From: Chiloscyllium plagiosum
Lineage: Eukaryota
NCBI RefSeq assembly: GCF_004010195.1
Contig: NC_057749.1
Coordinates: forward strand, 8,744,293-8,782,447
Direction of reading: 5' to 3'
Length of the DNA stretch: 38,155 nucleotides
The position numbers were made by a program, and so were the translations under genes. The notes below the pieces were generated by a model that saw nothing but the letters and a program-made list of their open reading frames with translations, did no database searches and was not told the DNA's origin. How positions within the stretch are numbered: the first letter of the stretch is position 1; each line of letters starts with the position of its first letter. Of the stretch, positions 1 to 11,090 are shown piece after piece.

Positions 1-343
1 TTTACAAACTAACGAGGGGTGTAGATGGTAGAAGGTGAATGGTAAGGGCCTTTTCCAGAGGGTGGGAGATTTGAAGATAAGGGAGCATATTTTTAAGTTG
101 AGAGGAGAAAGATTTTAAAAATAATTTTTTTATACAGAGAGTGGCTCGTGTATGGAATGAACTTCCATAGGAAGTGACGAATGTGAGTACGGTTACAACT
201 TTTAAACGACACTTGGATAAGTGTGTGAATAAGAAATGTCTGGAGGGATATGTGCGAGGAACAGGCAGGTGGTCAACAGGAGATTATGGTCAGCATGGAC
301 GAGTTGGACCGAAGGGTCTGTTTCAGTGCTGTGACTCTATGAC
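1..343 (+). mobile_element. CR1-clade LINE (HER1-like) 3' fragment
   Basis: Decayed C-terminal ORF2 (..TFKRHLDKC..) and the 3' tail GGACCGAAGGGTCTGTTTC..GACTCTATGACT. Confidence 0.85.
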
Positions 344-349
344 TGGAGA

Positions 350-465
350 CATGATTTGGAGATGCCAGTGTTGGACTGGGGTGGACAAAGTTAAAAATCA
401 CACAACACCAGGTTAAAGTCCAACAGGTTTTGGACTATAACCGGGTGTTGTGTGGTTTTTAACTT
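350..465. mobile_element. Collapsed palindromic Penelope-like element with 12-bp TSD
   Basis: Inverted arms 387-423 and 430-466. Flanked by TATGACTGGAGA at 338-349 and 466-477. Same family as 22387-22720. Confidence 0.75.
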
Positions 466-884
466 TATGACTGGAGATAATGTGACAGGTGACTCTGGCC
501 AGCAGGTGGTGCCACAGAACAGGATTCCGGTTTTGGCCAGTAGGGGGAGGCCGTGAGCAACTTTCTGAACATTCTCGCCCAACTCCATACTCTGCTGTCC
601 ATGAGAAGAAAACTTTCACCCCCTCCTCAAAGAAAAGCTTATGTTTCAGCTCTGGGAAATAAGTATTTTTTTTCCCTATTCCTGTTCTAGGACAGTTAAT
701 CGTGCTGAGTTTCGAAAAGAAAGCCTTCTTTGGAAGAGTTCACTTGAAAGTTAATGTTCTTAGCATTTTCGAATGTAATGTGACTTGACCAGTGCAAAAC
801 AATCCATTAATCCCTCAAGGAAGGGTGGTGCACTACAGGGACTCTTTTGTTGTCTGCCTTTCGTCTCCTGCAAACTTTAAGATG

Positions 885-1160
885 GGGAGACAATGGCCAA
901 ATGTTATTATCTCAGGACTATTAATCCAAAGGAGAAAGTGAGGACTGCAGATGCTGGAGATCAGAGCTTAAAAATGTGTTGCTGGAAAAGCGCAGCAGGT
1001 CAGGCAGCATCAAAGGAGCAGGAGAATCGACGTTTCGGGTATAAGCCCTTCTTCCCTTCTTCAGGAAGAAGGGCTCCTGCCCGAAACGTTGATTCCACTA
1101 TTAATCCAAAGACTCTGGTAATGTTGTGGAAACTGTGGTTCGAATCCTGGAATTTGAATT
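885..1160 (+). mobile_element. tRNA-derived SINE (family 2) 5' part, interrupted by a PLE-like insert
   Basis: Matches the head of the 7048-7345 copy, with B-box GGTTCGAATCC at about 1137-1147. Split at the TSD 917-930/1097-1110. Confidence 0.6.
931..1096. mobile_element. PLE-like hammerhead-bearing element, partly palindromic, 14-15 bp TSD
   Basis: Starts GGAGAAAGTGAGGACTGCAGATGCTGG. Inverted GAATCGACGTTTCGGG / CCCGAAACGTTGATTC. TSD ACTATTAATCCAAA at 917-930 and 1097-1110. Confidence 0.8.
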
Positions 1161-1414
1161 CATTGCACATCTGAAGTGAAGAGTTTGATGATATAGATCT
1201 ATAAGTTGTGAGAATGCTGGGACAGGGGTTTTGGTTCTGAATGGTGTACATGATGGATGAAGGGAAAGGGTCAAGGGACATATGAAAGTTCCTCCTGCTC
1301 AACCCACCGAGAATGAGATTTTATTTTCCCTTACAGTCCAACCATGGAAATAATAAGCAGCAGAGAAACGTGTTGTCAAAACAGTTCAGGAAGACTAGTG
1401 ACCGTTGTTGATGG

Positions 1415-1710
1415 ATGGCTCAGTGGTTAGCACTGCTGCCTCATAGCACCCACAGACTTGGGTTCGATTCCACCTTGTGGCAACTCTGAGTGGAGTTTGT
1501 ACATTCTCCCTGTGTCTCCTGGTGCTCCGGTTTCCTCCCACAATCAAAGGATGTGCAGTTGAGTTGGATTAGCCTGGCCAAATTACCCCGTGGTGTGCAG
1601 GCTAGGGAGATTAGCTGTGGGAAATGCTCGGTCAGGGGTCTGGGAGCAATGGCCTTTGGAGGGTCAGTGCAAACCTGATGGATCAAATGGCCTCAATCTG
1701 CACTGTAGGT
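1415..1710 (+). mobile_element. HE1-type tRNA SINE (V-SINE)
   Basis: A-box TGGCTCAGTGG, B-box GGTTCGATTCC, V-domain GTGGAGTTTGTACATTCTCCC. Confidence 0.85.
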
Positions 1711-1714
1711 ATGC

Positions 1715-2045
1715 TGTGGTGGGATGCAGAAATCACCAGCATTAATTGCCCATTCTTAATTGTCCAGAGGCCAGTTAAAAGTTGCCCACATTACTGGAGT
1801 CACACATCGGTGAGACTGGGTAAGAATGAACAGATATCCTTCCTTAAAGAGCATAGTGAATCAGATGGGGTTTTTACATCAATAGTAAGATGGTCACCGT
1901 GAGGCCAAGTTTTAAATTCCAGATTTTTATTGAATTTAAATTTCACCATTTACTGTCATGGGATTTGAATCTACATCACCAATGCATGAGACTGGGTCTT
2001 TCTATTAATTCTCCAGCAGCAATATTACTCAGCCACTACTTCTCC
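1715..2045 (-). mobile_element. tRNA-derived SINE (family 2)
   Basis: Reverse complement of the 7048-7345 element (AATTCCAGATTTTTATTGAATT, GGGATTTGAA). Confidence 0.65.
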
Positions 2046-2061
2046 TGAACAAATGAAGGAT

Positions 2062-2265
2062 CATAGAGTCATAGAGATGTACAGCGTGGAAACGGATGCT
2101 TGGGTCCAACTCAGTCTAGCCCCATGTGCCAGCATTTTGCCCATATCTCTCTAAACCCTTCCAGTTGATGTACCCATCCAGATGCCTTTTAAATGTTATA
2201 TTCGTACCAGCCTCCACCACTTCCTCCAGCAGCTTATTCCACTTGCACACCATCTGGGAGTTGAA
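2062..2265 (-). mobile_element. HER1/CR1 LINE 3' end
   Basis: TCATAGAGTCATAGAG tail; minus-strand EEVVEAGTNITFKRHLDGY. Confidence 0.85.
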
Positions 2266-2754
2266 GCCTGCACCTCTCACATACTCACTCACCACACAGC
2301 CCAAAGCTGGAATCACAGCACTGGACCAATGAGCTGGTAAGATAATCTAAGTTCAGCAATGAGCAGATGGCACAGCATGGTGAGGTGGAGGGTATCGAAG
2401 GCTCAAGGTAGGGAGAGGGGCACCGGAGTAGTTTATCAGAGGGGAGGCAGGATGAGTCAACACTTTCAGAGATGGACTAGGCAAGACTAAACGATCCCAA
2501 TACTCGAAGGCAGCGAGGCGGTTGGGAGGAATAGGCTTAAGAACTCTGAGTGGGTAGGATGTGCCAGTTGAGATAAGGTTAGCCACATGAGAGATAGTAG
2601 GGCAGAGAGCAGACAGCTCACTCAATATGAGGATAGGATAAAGGAACAAGGCTGTCGAATAAGGTGGGTTAGAAATTAATCTCTACTGCCGTAAGACCAT
2701 AAACACTTTGAGGATGTCGCTGTTTGAGTTTCTCCAGCAATGTGTTTTTATGTT

Positions 2755-3042
2755 CCAACAGAGAAAATGCTGGAAAATCTCAGCAGGTCTGGCAGCATCT
2801 GTAAGGAGAGAAAAGAGCTGACGTTTTGAGTCTAATTGACTCTTTGTCAAAGCTAAAAAAAAGGGAGAAATAGGAAGATATTCATACTAGGTCCCCCTTT
2901 TTTTAGCTTTGACAAAGAGTCAGTTAGACTCGAAACATCAGCTCCTTTGTCTCCTTACAGATGCTGCCAGACCTGCTGAGATTTTCCAGCATTTTCTCTG
3001 TTGGTTTCAGATTCCAGCATCTGCAGTAATTTACTTTTATCC
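2755..3042. mobile_element. Palindromic PLE-like element with two inverted hammerhead motifs, 17-bp TSD
   Basis: Inverted arms of about 110 bp (about 2755-2865 and 2895-3004). TGTGTTTTTATGTTCCA at 2741-2757 and 3043-3059. Confidence 0.8.
2905..2943 (+). ncRNA. Minimal type-I hammerhead ribozyme motif, U3-A8 variant
   Basis: AGCT-TTGACAA-A-GAGTC-agtta-GACTC-GAAA-ca-TC-AGCT: stem I, core, stem II, GAAA, UH triplet, stem I. Mirror copy on the minus strand at 2816-2854. Confidence 0.6.
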
Positions 3043-3149
3043 TGTGTTTTTATGTTCCATTGTTCCCTGCCTATGTGTAGCAGTTACAGGGATCAAACAC
3101 AAGATGGAGCAAGAGAGAGATAATTCATGTTAAAACCTCCAGTTAAGAT

Positions 3150-3650
3150 GATCTGATTGAATCTATTACGTTGTTCATTTTACTGTAGCAGATTTATAAA
3201 TGTGTTTCAGACTAAGTCCTGTTCACGCATCACCCTTGTGTTTGTTCGCCTTCCAGTCCATCTCAGTTTTAAAATTCCCACCGAGTTCTACCATGTTTTC
3301 ACTCCTCTGTCACTTAGTCCAGCCACACTTTTAATGTATCCCTCTAAGCTCTGCTTATAGCACCCAGCTGGCTTGATGTGCAGCATGCTTGCATTAACAT
3401 TGATGCATGGCCACATTGTGTTCCTGATAACAAGGGGAGCGTTGCCTGTGCATGGCCTGTCTGTTTAGCCAATGCACCCCAGTGGCCAGGCATCCACACT
3501 GCTGGGGGACATGTTGTGACAAACCCTTTGGGATCTTCACGTTCCTCTAATGCTGGCCACTCATGCTTCCTGGAATTTCTCCATCCCATCAACAGTGAGC
3601 ATCACAGTCTAGATCCTAAATTATGGAATACCTTCCCCTCTTCCATCCAG
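3150..3650 (+). mobile_element. Decayed L2-clade LINE 3' fragments
   Basis: SRITLV..LPVHLSFKI and LDPKLWNTFP resemble the L2 ORF2 C-terminus (HITP..LPV..RIDFKI; GPKLWNSLP). Confidence 0.45.
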
Positions 3651-4470
3651 AAAGCTAATGGGATGCTGTCACTAGAAGGACTTAAGACCTGCAGATATGG
3701 TTTAATTTGGATAAATGTGAGGTATGGTATTGTGGTAAAACAAACAAGAACAGAAGTAAAATAATTGAAAATAGGGCCTTGGGTAGTGTTGCAGAACAGA
3801 GTGAACTATAGAGGTTTAGGTCCATAATTCTTTGAAATTTATGGCCCATGGAGACAGGATGGTTAAGAAGGTATTTAGCAAGCTTGCCTTCATTGCTCAG
3901 ACCTTTGAGTATGGGAGTTGGGGCTTTATGCTGCTGTGCAGGATGTTGGAGAGGCCCCTTCTGGATTATTGTGTCCATTTCTGGTCTCCTTGTTATTGGA
4001 GGGATATTATGAAACTGGAGAGAGTTCAAAAGAGATTTACCAGGATGTTGGCAGGAATGGACGGTTTGAGTTATAAGGAGAGGCTGGATAGGCTGGGACT
4101 TTTTTCACTGGAGCGTGGGAGGTTGATGGGTGACCTTGTAGAGGTTTATAAAATCATGAGGGGTATAGATAAGGTGAATAGCAAGGGCTTTTTTCCTCGG
4201 GTGGGGGATTTCAAGATGATTTTTAAGGTGAAAGGAGAAAGATTTAAGAAAGACATGAGGGGAATATTTTTTCCACAGTGTGGTTCATGTGTGGGAATAA
4301 ACTTGTGGGCACAGTTACAATGTTTGAAACAAGTTTGGATAAATACTAAAAGTTTGGAGGGATTATGGGTCAAGCACAGGAAGGTGGGACTAGTTTAGTT
4401 TGGGATTATGGTCAGAATGAACTGGTTAGACCGAGGAGTCTGATTCCATGCTGTATGACTCTATGACTCT
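3650..4470 (+). mobile_element. HER1/CR1 LINE, 3' part of ORF2 and tail
   Basis: ORF 3832-4398 RPLLDYCVHFWSP..KLERVQKRFTRM..LFSLERGRLMGDLVEVYKIMRG; tail (ACTCTATG)n. Confidence 0.92.
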
Positions 4471-4479
4471 AAGAATTGA

Positions 4480-5270
4480 AGTGAGGATGTTTTGCTTCAG
4501 TTCCATGGAGCATTAGTGAGATCACATCTCAAATACTATGTGCAGTTTTGGTCGTCTTATTTGCTGAAGAATGTAAAAGCAATGAAAGCAGTTCAGATGG
4601 ATTTGATACCTGGAATGAGTGAGTTATCTTTGAAGGAAAGGTTGGGCTGGAGTTTACAAGAGTAAGAGGGGGTGACGTTTTGAAGTGTTCAAGACCTTAA
4701 ATGGTCTTGACAAAGTGAACATGGGAAGAATGTTTCCTTGTGTGGGTGGGTCCACAACTCAGGGACACTGTTTTAAGATTCATCCTTCCAGGGTGGAGAT
4801 GAAGACATTGCTTGTTCCTTCAGAAGATGGAGGAGAAAGTGAGGACTGCAGATGCTGGAGATCAGAGCTGAAAATGTGTTGCTGGAAAAGTTCAGCAGGT
4901 CAGGCAGCATCCAGGGAACAGGAGAATCGACGTTTCGGGCATAAGAGAAGGGCTTATGCCCGAAACATCGATTCTCCTGTTCCTTGGATGCTGCCTGACC
5001 TGCTGCGCTTTTCCAGCAACACATTTTCAGCTCCTTCAGAAGATGTACAACTTGGGAACTCTCTGCCTCAGAGGGCAGTTGAGGTGGGACTGAGGTGGAG
5101 GGGAGGGTTGTCATTGAATATTTTTAGGAAGTAGATTCTTATTACACAAAGATGTCAAGGATTATCAAGGGTGGGTGGAAATTATGCATCTCTAACACAA
5201 ACAGAAGAGCAATGATTTTACTGAACGGTGGAATGAGCTTGAGGAAGCGAATGGTCTGTTTCTGTTTCAG
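4480..5270 (+). mobile_element. Older CR1-clade LINE 3' fragment, interrupted by a PLE-like insert
   Basis: GTGAGATCACATCTCAAATACTATGTGCAGTTTTGGTC (VRxHLxYxVQFW); FKTLNGLDKV; GNSLPQRAVEV. Confidence 0.75.
4830..5031. mobile_element. Palindromic PLE-like element, collapsed centre, 14-bp TSD
   Basis: Inverted arms of about 80 bp (4866-4945 and 4953-5032). TCCTTCAGAAGATG at 4816-4829 and 5032-5045. Confidence 0.85.
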
Positions 5271-5907
5271 AATTCTACATTCTCTGCTCTCCCACTCCTC
5301 CACTCCAGCCATAGCACAATGGTGTAGAATGCAGTCCAGTTGCCTCACTTTGTTTTTCAGTTTCCCTGAAAGACTCAAGAGGTCTGGAATCTCCCCATGA
5401 AGACTGAACTGAATAATTCTGCCAAGTTCATTTTATTTCTGAATATCAAATTAGTTGTTACTTTGAGATATGTAGTGATTGGGGGAATGAAATTGCCCTT
5501 CAAACCAGCCGGTGCAGAAATGATGGGCCTCCTCCTGTGTAGCATTGCTTTATATTTCTAAGATGTTGCTTTCAGAACCATCTCTCATCATCTTCTCTGA
5601 AGCACAGTTGTATTTTACTATTGAAAATGTGCCATATCATTACAAGTTGTACACCAGGCTTTCAAAATCTCTGAGGAGCATCCCAAAGCACACTGTGACG
5701 TCCATAAAATATAATGAACACATTGACTATCTTGTGGGCAACAAGATTCCACAAACTGTATTATAATGAGTGAATGGTCAATTGACTGGTTGGAGCTCAA
5801 CGAGGAAGGACAACATCAAGCAAAATGAAGTTTGGAACATGAAAAATAATTGGGGTGGGGGGGAGAGGGAACTGCAGGAGCTCGGATTGATTAGTTTTTT
5901 TGTGAGG

Positions 5908-6222
5908 GAGGGCTATGGAAGATGTAGGTGGGGCTGTGGAGATGTAGGTGGGGCTATGGAGATGTAGGTGGGAATATGGAGATTTAGGTTGGTCTATGGA
6001 AGATGTAGGTGGGGCTATAAAAGTATAGGTGGGTTATGAAAATATAGATGGGGTTATGGAAGATGTAGGTGGACCAATGGAGATGTAGGTGGGGCTATGG
6101 GTGGGGCTATGGAAGATGTAGGTGGGGTTATGGAAGATGTAGGTGGGGTTATGGAAGATGTAGGTGGGGCTATGAAGATGTAGGTGGGGCTATGGAATTT
6201 GGAGGTGGGGCTATGAAGATGT
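5908..6222. repeat. G-rich minisatellite, ~20-21 bp unit GGGGCTATGGAAGATGTAGGT
   Basis: About 15 imperfect tandem copies visible. Confidence 0.9.
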
Positions 6223-6469
6223 GGAACAAGGGGTCAGTGTGCGGATCAATTCTGATATAATTGGGAATCAAGGAAGGGCAACCAATACTGTCCTCACCAG
6301 AACCATGCCTGTCCAATTAAACAAAATAAATAAAAGACCCAGTGTAATCAATGACAGGGCATGTCCAAGGGTCTGTTTGGCATAGGGCCAATGTTACACC
6401 ATTATTTCAGCCTTTAGGTAAACTGCCTCTGCAGAACTTGTTGTTATGAATTGTTAACATTGGCAAGCC

Positions 6470-6800
6470 TGAGAAGTGAACTAGTGTCACATAGGAAATG
6501 TCACTTCACTAGTAATCTGGAAACCAAATTCCTGAGGGATTTCAGATCTGTTAGCAATATTGGAGCTGTTAATAAATCTGGAAATGAAAGTTACCTTCAG
6601 TATCGGTGACCATGACGACCAGCATCGTTGTAAAACCCCAGCTGATTCACAAATGAACTAGGGAAAGAAATCTGCCATTCTTACCTGGTCTGGCCTATAT
6701 GTGACTCCAGACCCACAACGAGGTCGACCTTTCTCTGGAACAGACCAGGAGGCCACTCAGTTCAAGGACATGATTCCCACATTCTGTATCAGAATGAAAG
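6470..6800 (+). mobile_element. tRNA-derived SINE (family 2), degenerate
   Basis: CTTACCTGGTCTGGCCTATATGTGACTCCAGACCCAC core shared with other copies. Confidence 0.6.
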
Positions 6801-7047
6801 GGGTTAAAAAATTAAGTGTCATGCACCATCAGAAATAACATTCCCAAACTGGGATCGCTGCCTGTTCCCGCTTCCCCGGTGATCCGGAGTCTGGAAATCC
6901 AATCAGGATCTTTCTGACCCTGGCTGTGGACCAATGGTTGAGTGCAGAAACATGCTGATCACCCATGATCACTTTTACACAGTGATGTGAACCCAAACAG
7001 ATCTTTAAAAGCAATTTTAAAACATGCCTTTGTTTTGTGGAAATAGA

Positions 7048-7345
7048 GGGGGTGATGCCTTATTGGTATTATGGTTGGACCATTAATCCAGACACCCAGG
7101 TGACGCCACAGGTACTCTGATTCAAATCTACTGATGGTGGAATTTGAATTCAATTTTTAAAAAATCTAAAATTAAGAATCTAATGATGACCAAGAATCCA
7201 TTGTCAATTTTTGGAAAAATCCATCTGGGAAATCAACCACCCTTACCTGGTCTGGTCTACATGTGACAGCAGACTCTTAACCAGCCTCTGGGCGATTAGG
7301 GATGTGCAATAAATGCTGAGGAAGCCAGCGATGCCCTCATGATTT
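7048..7345 (+). mobile_element. tRNA-derived SINE (family 2), near full length
   Basis: tRNA-like head, GGAATTTGAATTCAA, CCTTACCTGGTCTGG, and tail GGGCGATTAGGGATGTGCAATAAATGCTG. Confidence 0.7.
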
Positions 7346-8079
7346 AAAAATTCCACATTGGCTGCAACAGAAAAGGTCATATATATCACTTCATTGTGTC
7401 AGCATATTCCCTAGTAGCTATGAACAGTGCCCTTGTTCCAATTTGAATGAATACTTGGTCCAACTATTCTTACCTAAACTTAATCTCAGACAGCATTTCT
7501 TTTTGAAAGTGGGAAGCATAGCATATTGCGCTGCATGATTTTGTAATTATGCAATACCTCAAGCCTCCTCAAGGTGGAGACAGTTCAGCAAGAAGTGAAA
7601 GGTTCCATTTGCCTCCTTTCCAAGAAAAACAATAAAGAATGTTGTACTTTCTTGGGTTTCTCTACATGTGCATTGGGTGGGAGTTAGTGAGGAGGGGGCA
7701 TCTCAATTTCCACCCATCCCTGGACTTGGGTCTGTGAGTTCCACAGATAAAACACAGGGAATGGGAGACTCTGATCCTCCTGCCTGTACTTAGAGGGGGT
7801 GTTTCAATATTGTTGTACTGGTCTGGCATTGGTCTGTCTATGGGGTTTTCCCGCTGGTAGACAACAAACATATTTATGAGAAGGAGTGAACATCCCAGTG
7901 CTTCAAACCTGCTCTGCCGCTCAATACAATCGTGACTGATTGTTGCCTTTATGCAAGGATGTCTTGCGGACCAGTGGTTCTGGTCTTACTCCAGGTCTTA
8001 CTCCAGGATTTACTGACCATGAGCTTATCTCCGTTAAGTGTTTGTGATATGCAGGCTGGGAATCCTTCCACAATAGGGG

Positions 8080-8473
8080 AATGTGTGTTTGTGTGTGAGT
8101 GCGTGTTTGTGTACTTATGAGAGAGAAAGAGTGAGTGTGTGTGTGTGAATGAGTGAGTGTGACTGTGTGTGAGTGAGTGTGTGTGTGTGTGAGTGTGTGG
8201 TATGAGTGAGTGTGTGTGAGTGAGTGTGTGTATGTTATGAGTGAGTGTGTGTGAGTGAGTGCCTGTGTGAGTGAGTGCCTGTGTGAGTGAGTGTGTGAAT
8301 GAGTGAGTGTGTGAATGAGTGAGTGTGTGAGTGAGTGCATGTGTGAGTATGTGAGTGAGTGCGTGCTTGTGTGTGTTGTGTGTGTGCGAGAGAGAGTGAG
8401 TGTGTGTGTGAATGAGTGAGTGTGTGAGTGCGTGTGTGTGTGTTGTGTGTGAGTGAAGTGTGTGTGAATGTGT
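8080..8473. repeat. (GT)n/(GAGT)n compound microsatellite
   Basis: Direct inspection. Confidence 0.95.
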
Positions 8474-8519
8474 ACCTTCTTTTTTCTACACAGCTTCGCC
8501 TCTACTTTCCCGGCTGCTT

Positions 8520-9090
8520 CCCATATTGACTGTGTCTCTGGGAGACTTAAACACACTCAATGGGGCAGCATTGATCACAAAAACTCCGAAGATTCACAAT
8601 CCTTTGGGTGATGGAATTTCTCCCCATTTCAGCCCCAAATGATTGGCTGCTCTCCACATCAACATCTCCCCCCACCATCAAAAATCTCTTACAGCTTTCT
8701 GTGGCAAGGAGTTCCAAAGACTCACAACCCTCTGAACGAAGCAATTCCTGCTCATCTCAGTCTTAAATTGCTGTCCCTTTATTCTGAGACTATTTCCCTC
8801 TCCCAAGAGGGGAAAACAGCCTCTCAGCATCTATCCTCTCAAGCCCCTTGAGAATCCTGTATGTTTTAATGAGATCACCTCTCATTCTTCTAAACCTCAG
8901 CGAGGAGGCTCCCAAAACTGTTTAGCTTTTGCTCATAAGGCAATCCTTCCATAGCAGGGATCATCCTTGTAAATATTCTCTAAACTGCCTCCAATGAAAT
9001 TATACCTTTCCTAAAGTAAGGAGATAGAACTGCTCCCAGTGCTCCAGGTGTGGTCTCACCAGCACCATGTACAATTACTGTAAGACTTCC
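8520..9090 (-). mobile_element. CR1-clade LINE fragment(s)
   Basis: Minus-strand GTGAGACCACACCTGGAGCACT, SPYFRKGIISLEAV, GDLIKTYRIL and TQRIVNL remnants. Confidence 0.75.
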
Positions 9091-9696
9091 CTGCAGTAAT
9101 ATTCTAAGCAGACTGGCAAATGGAAACCTCCTTACTGCACAAAGACCTGGATCTGTAACATCTGCTCCACAGAAACCTGAGAGGGTATCCCCAAATTGCA
9201 CTTTCCGGGGGGTGGGGGGGGGATGAACAGATGAGGTGTCAATGTTGGGAACCTGGGAAAGGTCGGCATAAAAGAGTGAGACATGGAGAGCCTGAAAGTC
9301 GGGTGAAGTAGCATGATACGTATATATTTACAAAATAGATCATCTCTCTGGGGGCACTGGGTTTGGTGAATGTTGCCCAGAGGCAAGGGGAAGGAGAAAG
9401 CAAACTCCTCAAACATCAGCAGAGCAAAAAGAAGCAGCCAATTCTTAAATAAAACCTGAATAAGTGCAGATTGACACAGTTCAACTAGTATTTTTTTAAG
9501 ATCTGATGATCTAATGATTGCTACAATTTCTCTGAAATGTCTACATTATCCCATTACCTCTTCATGTATCAGGGCAAACCAAGGTTTAGACTACTTCGAA
9601 AAGCAAGACACTTGATTCAGTGTATCACCTATTATCACTCAAATATCTCCTGAAACTGTGGTTTCCAATCACTGAAGGACATTTTTGATTTGATTT

Positions 9697-10018
9697 GATT
9701 AGATTAGATTCCCTACAGTATGGCAACAGGCCCTTCAGCCCAACAAGTCAATACCAACCCTCTGAACAGTAACCCACCCAGACCCAGTCCCCTACCCTAC
9801 ATTTACCCCTGGCTAATGCACCTAACACTACGGACAATTTAGCATGGCCAGTTCACCTAACCTGCACATCTTTGGACTGTGGAAGGAAACTGGAGCACCC
9901 GGAGGAAACCCACACAGACACGGGGAGAATGTGCAAACTCCACACAGACAATTGCCTGAAGGTGGGAATCGAACCTGGGTCCCTGGCGCTGTGAGGCAGC
10001 AGTGCTAACCACTGAGCC
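9697..10018 (-). mobile_element. HE1-type SINE, full length
   Basis: Reverse-complement A/B boxes at the right end, V-domain, and (AATCT)n tail at the left end. Confidence 0.92.
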
Positions 10019-10215
10019 AATTTGATTTATTTGATTTGATTTATTATTGTTGTCTGTACCTAGGTACAGTGAAAAGTGTTGTTTTGTGTGCAGTAAGGGC
10101 AGATCATCCCATACAAAGTGCATTAGGGTCATAGAACAGCGAGGAATACGATGTTACAGCTACAGAGATGACGCATAGAGAGTGAGAGCAATATTAAATT
10201 TAAAATTTGAGAGGG
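10019..10215 (-). mobile_element. Rex1/Babar-like LINE 3' UTR/tail
   Basis: Reverse complement matches the 3' end of 18455-18945 (TTTCACTGTAC..GGTACA..GACAACA..AAATCAAA). Confidence 0.6.
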
Positions 10216-10779
10216 CCACTCTTGGGGTCTTCAAATGTGGTTACACATAGAATCTGGTTAAAAAAAAAGTTACAGGGCCATTATTACTAATGTAATCGTC
10301 CAACTGTTCATTTATTTTCCCTTGGTTAGTAGATGGTGTAAAGATGCAACATGCCAATCCTGGGACAGAAAGGAAGGTGAGCAGCAATTAACATCCGACC
10401 AGGGACAGGGACATGGAAAAGACCTTTCTGCCAGTAAGGGAGACTAGGACTGGAGGACATAGGAGGGAAGGAAGGAGAGGAAGTGAAGGATGTAAGAGAA
10501 GATGAGGAAGGGCGGGGAAGCAGGGCAGGGAGGGATAGAAGGAAGGGGAAAGGGAGAAGGGAGCAGGGGTGCCCATTTGCAGCTGAACATGGAGCAGAAC
10601 AGGAGGAAAAATCTGAGAGAGAGAGGAGGCAAGGCTTTGATGTTGGCTGGTCAAGCTGCTGTGTGTTTACAGAGAGTTCTAATGAATCCACCTCAGCACC
10701 TCTTCCTGCAATCCTGGGTCTGACCCTTCCCAGTGCAATAGGAAGGAGAAAGCAGGCTCTGCCTGTGAACTCTGGGACT

Positions 10780-11045
10780 GAGCATCTCCCAGGGATTATA
10801 CATTGCAAGAACTGACCCAGATCCACGCAGGCGCCGGTCCCTATACTTGTTGCATGCTGGGATTGATATTTACTAGTGTCGAGAGGAAAATGCCAGTAAT
10901 TATAGCCAGGGGCACTGGTGACTTTATCTTGTAATCATCCCTGGGCTTGCATTATGCGTTAACGAGTCAGGAGCTGGCGTTGTTATTATCCTAGAAGGGT
11001 GTGTGTGTGTCTCTCTCTCTCTCATGTATCTATCTCTGAGCCGGC
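10780..11045 (+). promoter_or_regulatory. Probable promoter/5'UTR of the ARID3 gene
   Basis: Non-repetitive sequence directly upstream of ATG 11046, with local CpGs and a (GT)n(CT)n tract at about 10999-11022. The TSS cannot be determined from sequence. Confidence 0.4.
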
Positions 11046-11090
11046 ATGGTGGAGAACACAGGGAAATTCAACAGCACTTCAGCGCCGATG
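11046..11090 (+). CDS. ARID3B: Putative first coding exon of ARID3-family gene (MVENTGKFNSTSAPM)
   Basis: ATG in strong Kozak context (GCCGGCATGG), 15 open codons, then donor ATG|GTAAGG in phase 0, matching the phase-0 acceptor at 22933. It resembles the recalled MV(D/E)N...M start of fish arid3b. Not in the ORF track because it is too short. Confidence 0.75.

Noticed and set aside
3832..4398. 188-aa ORF
   Set aside because: It is a CR1 ORF2 C-terminal remnant.
7921..8556. 211-aa His/Thr-rich ORF
   Set aside because: It is a translation of a (CA)/(ACTC) microsatellite.
10326..10826. Cluster of ORFs upstream of the first exon
   Set aside because: They arise from a purine-rich low-complexity tract, with no recognisable protein or splice structure.
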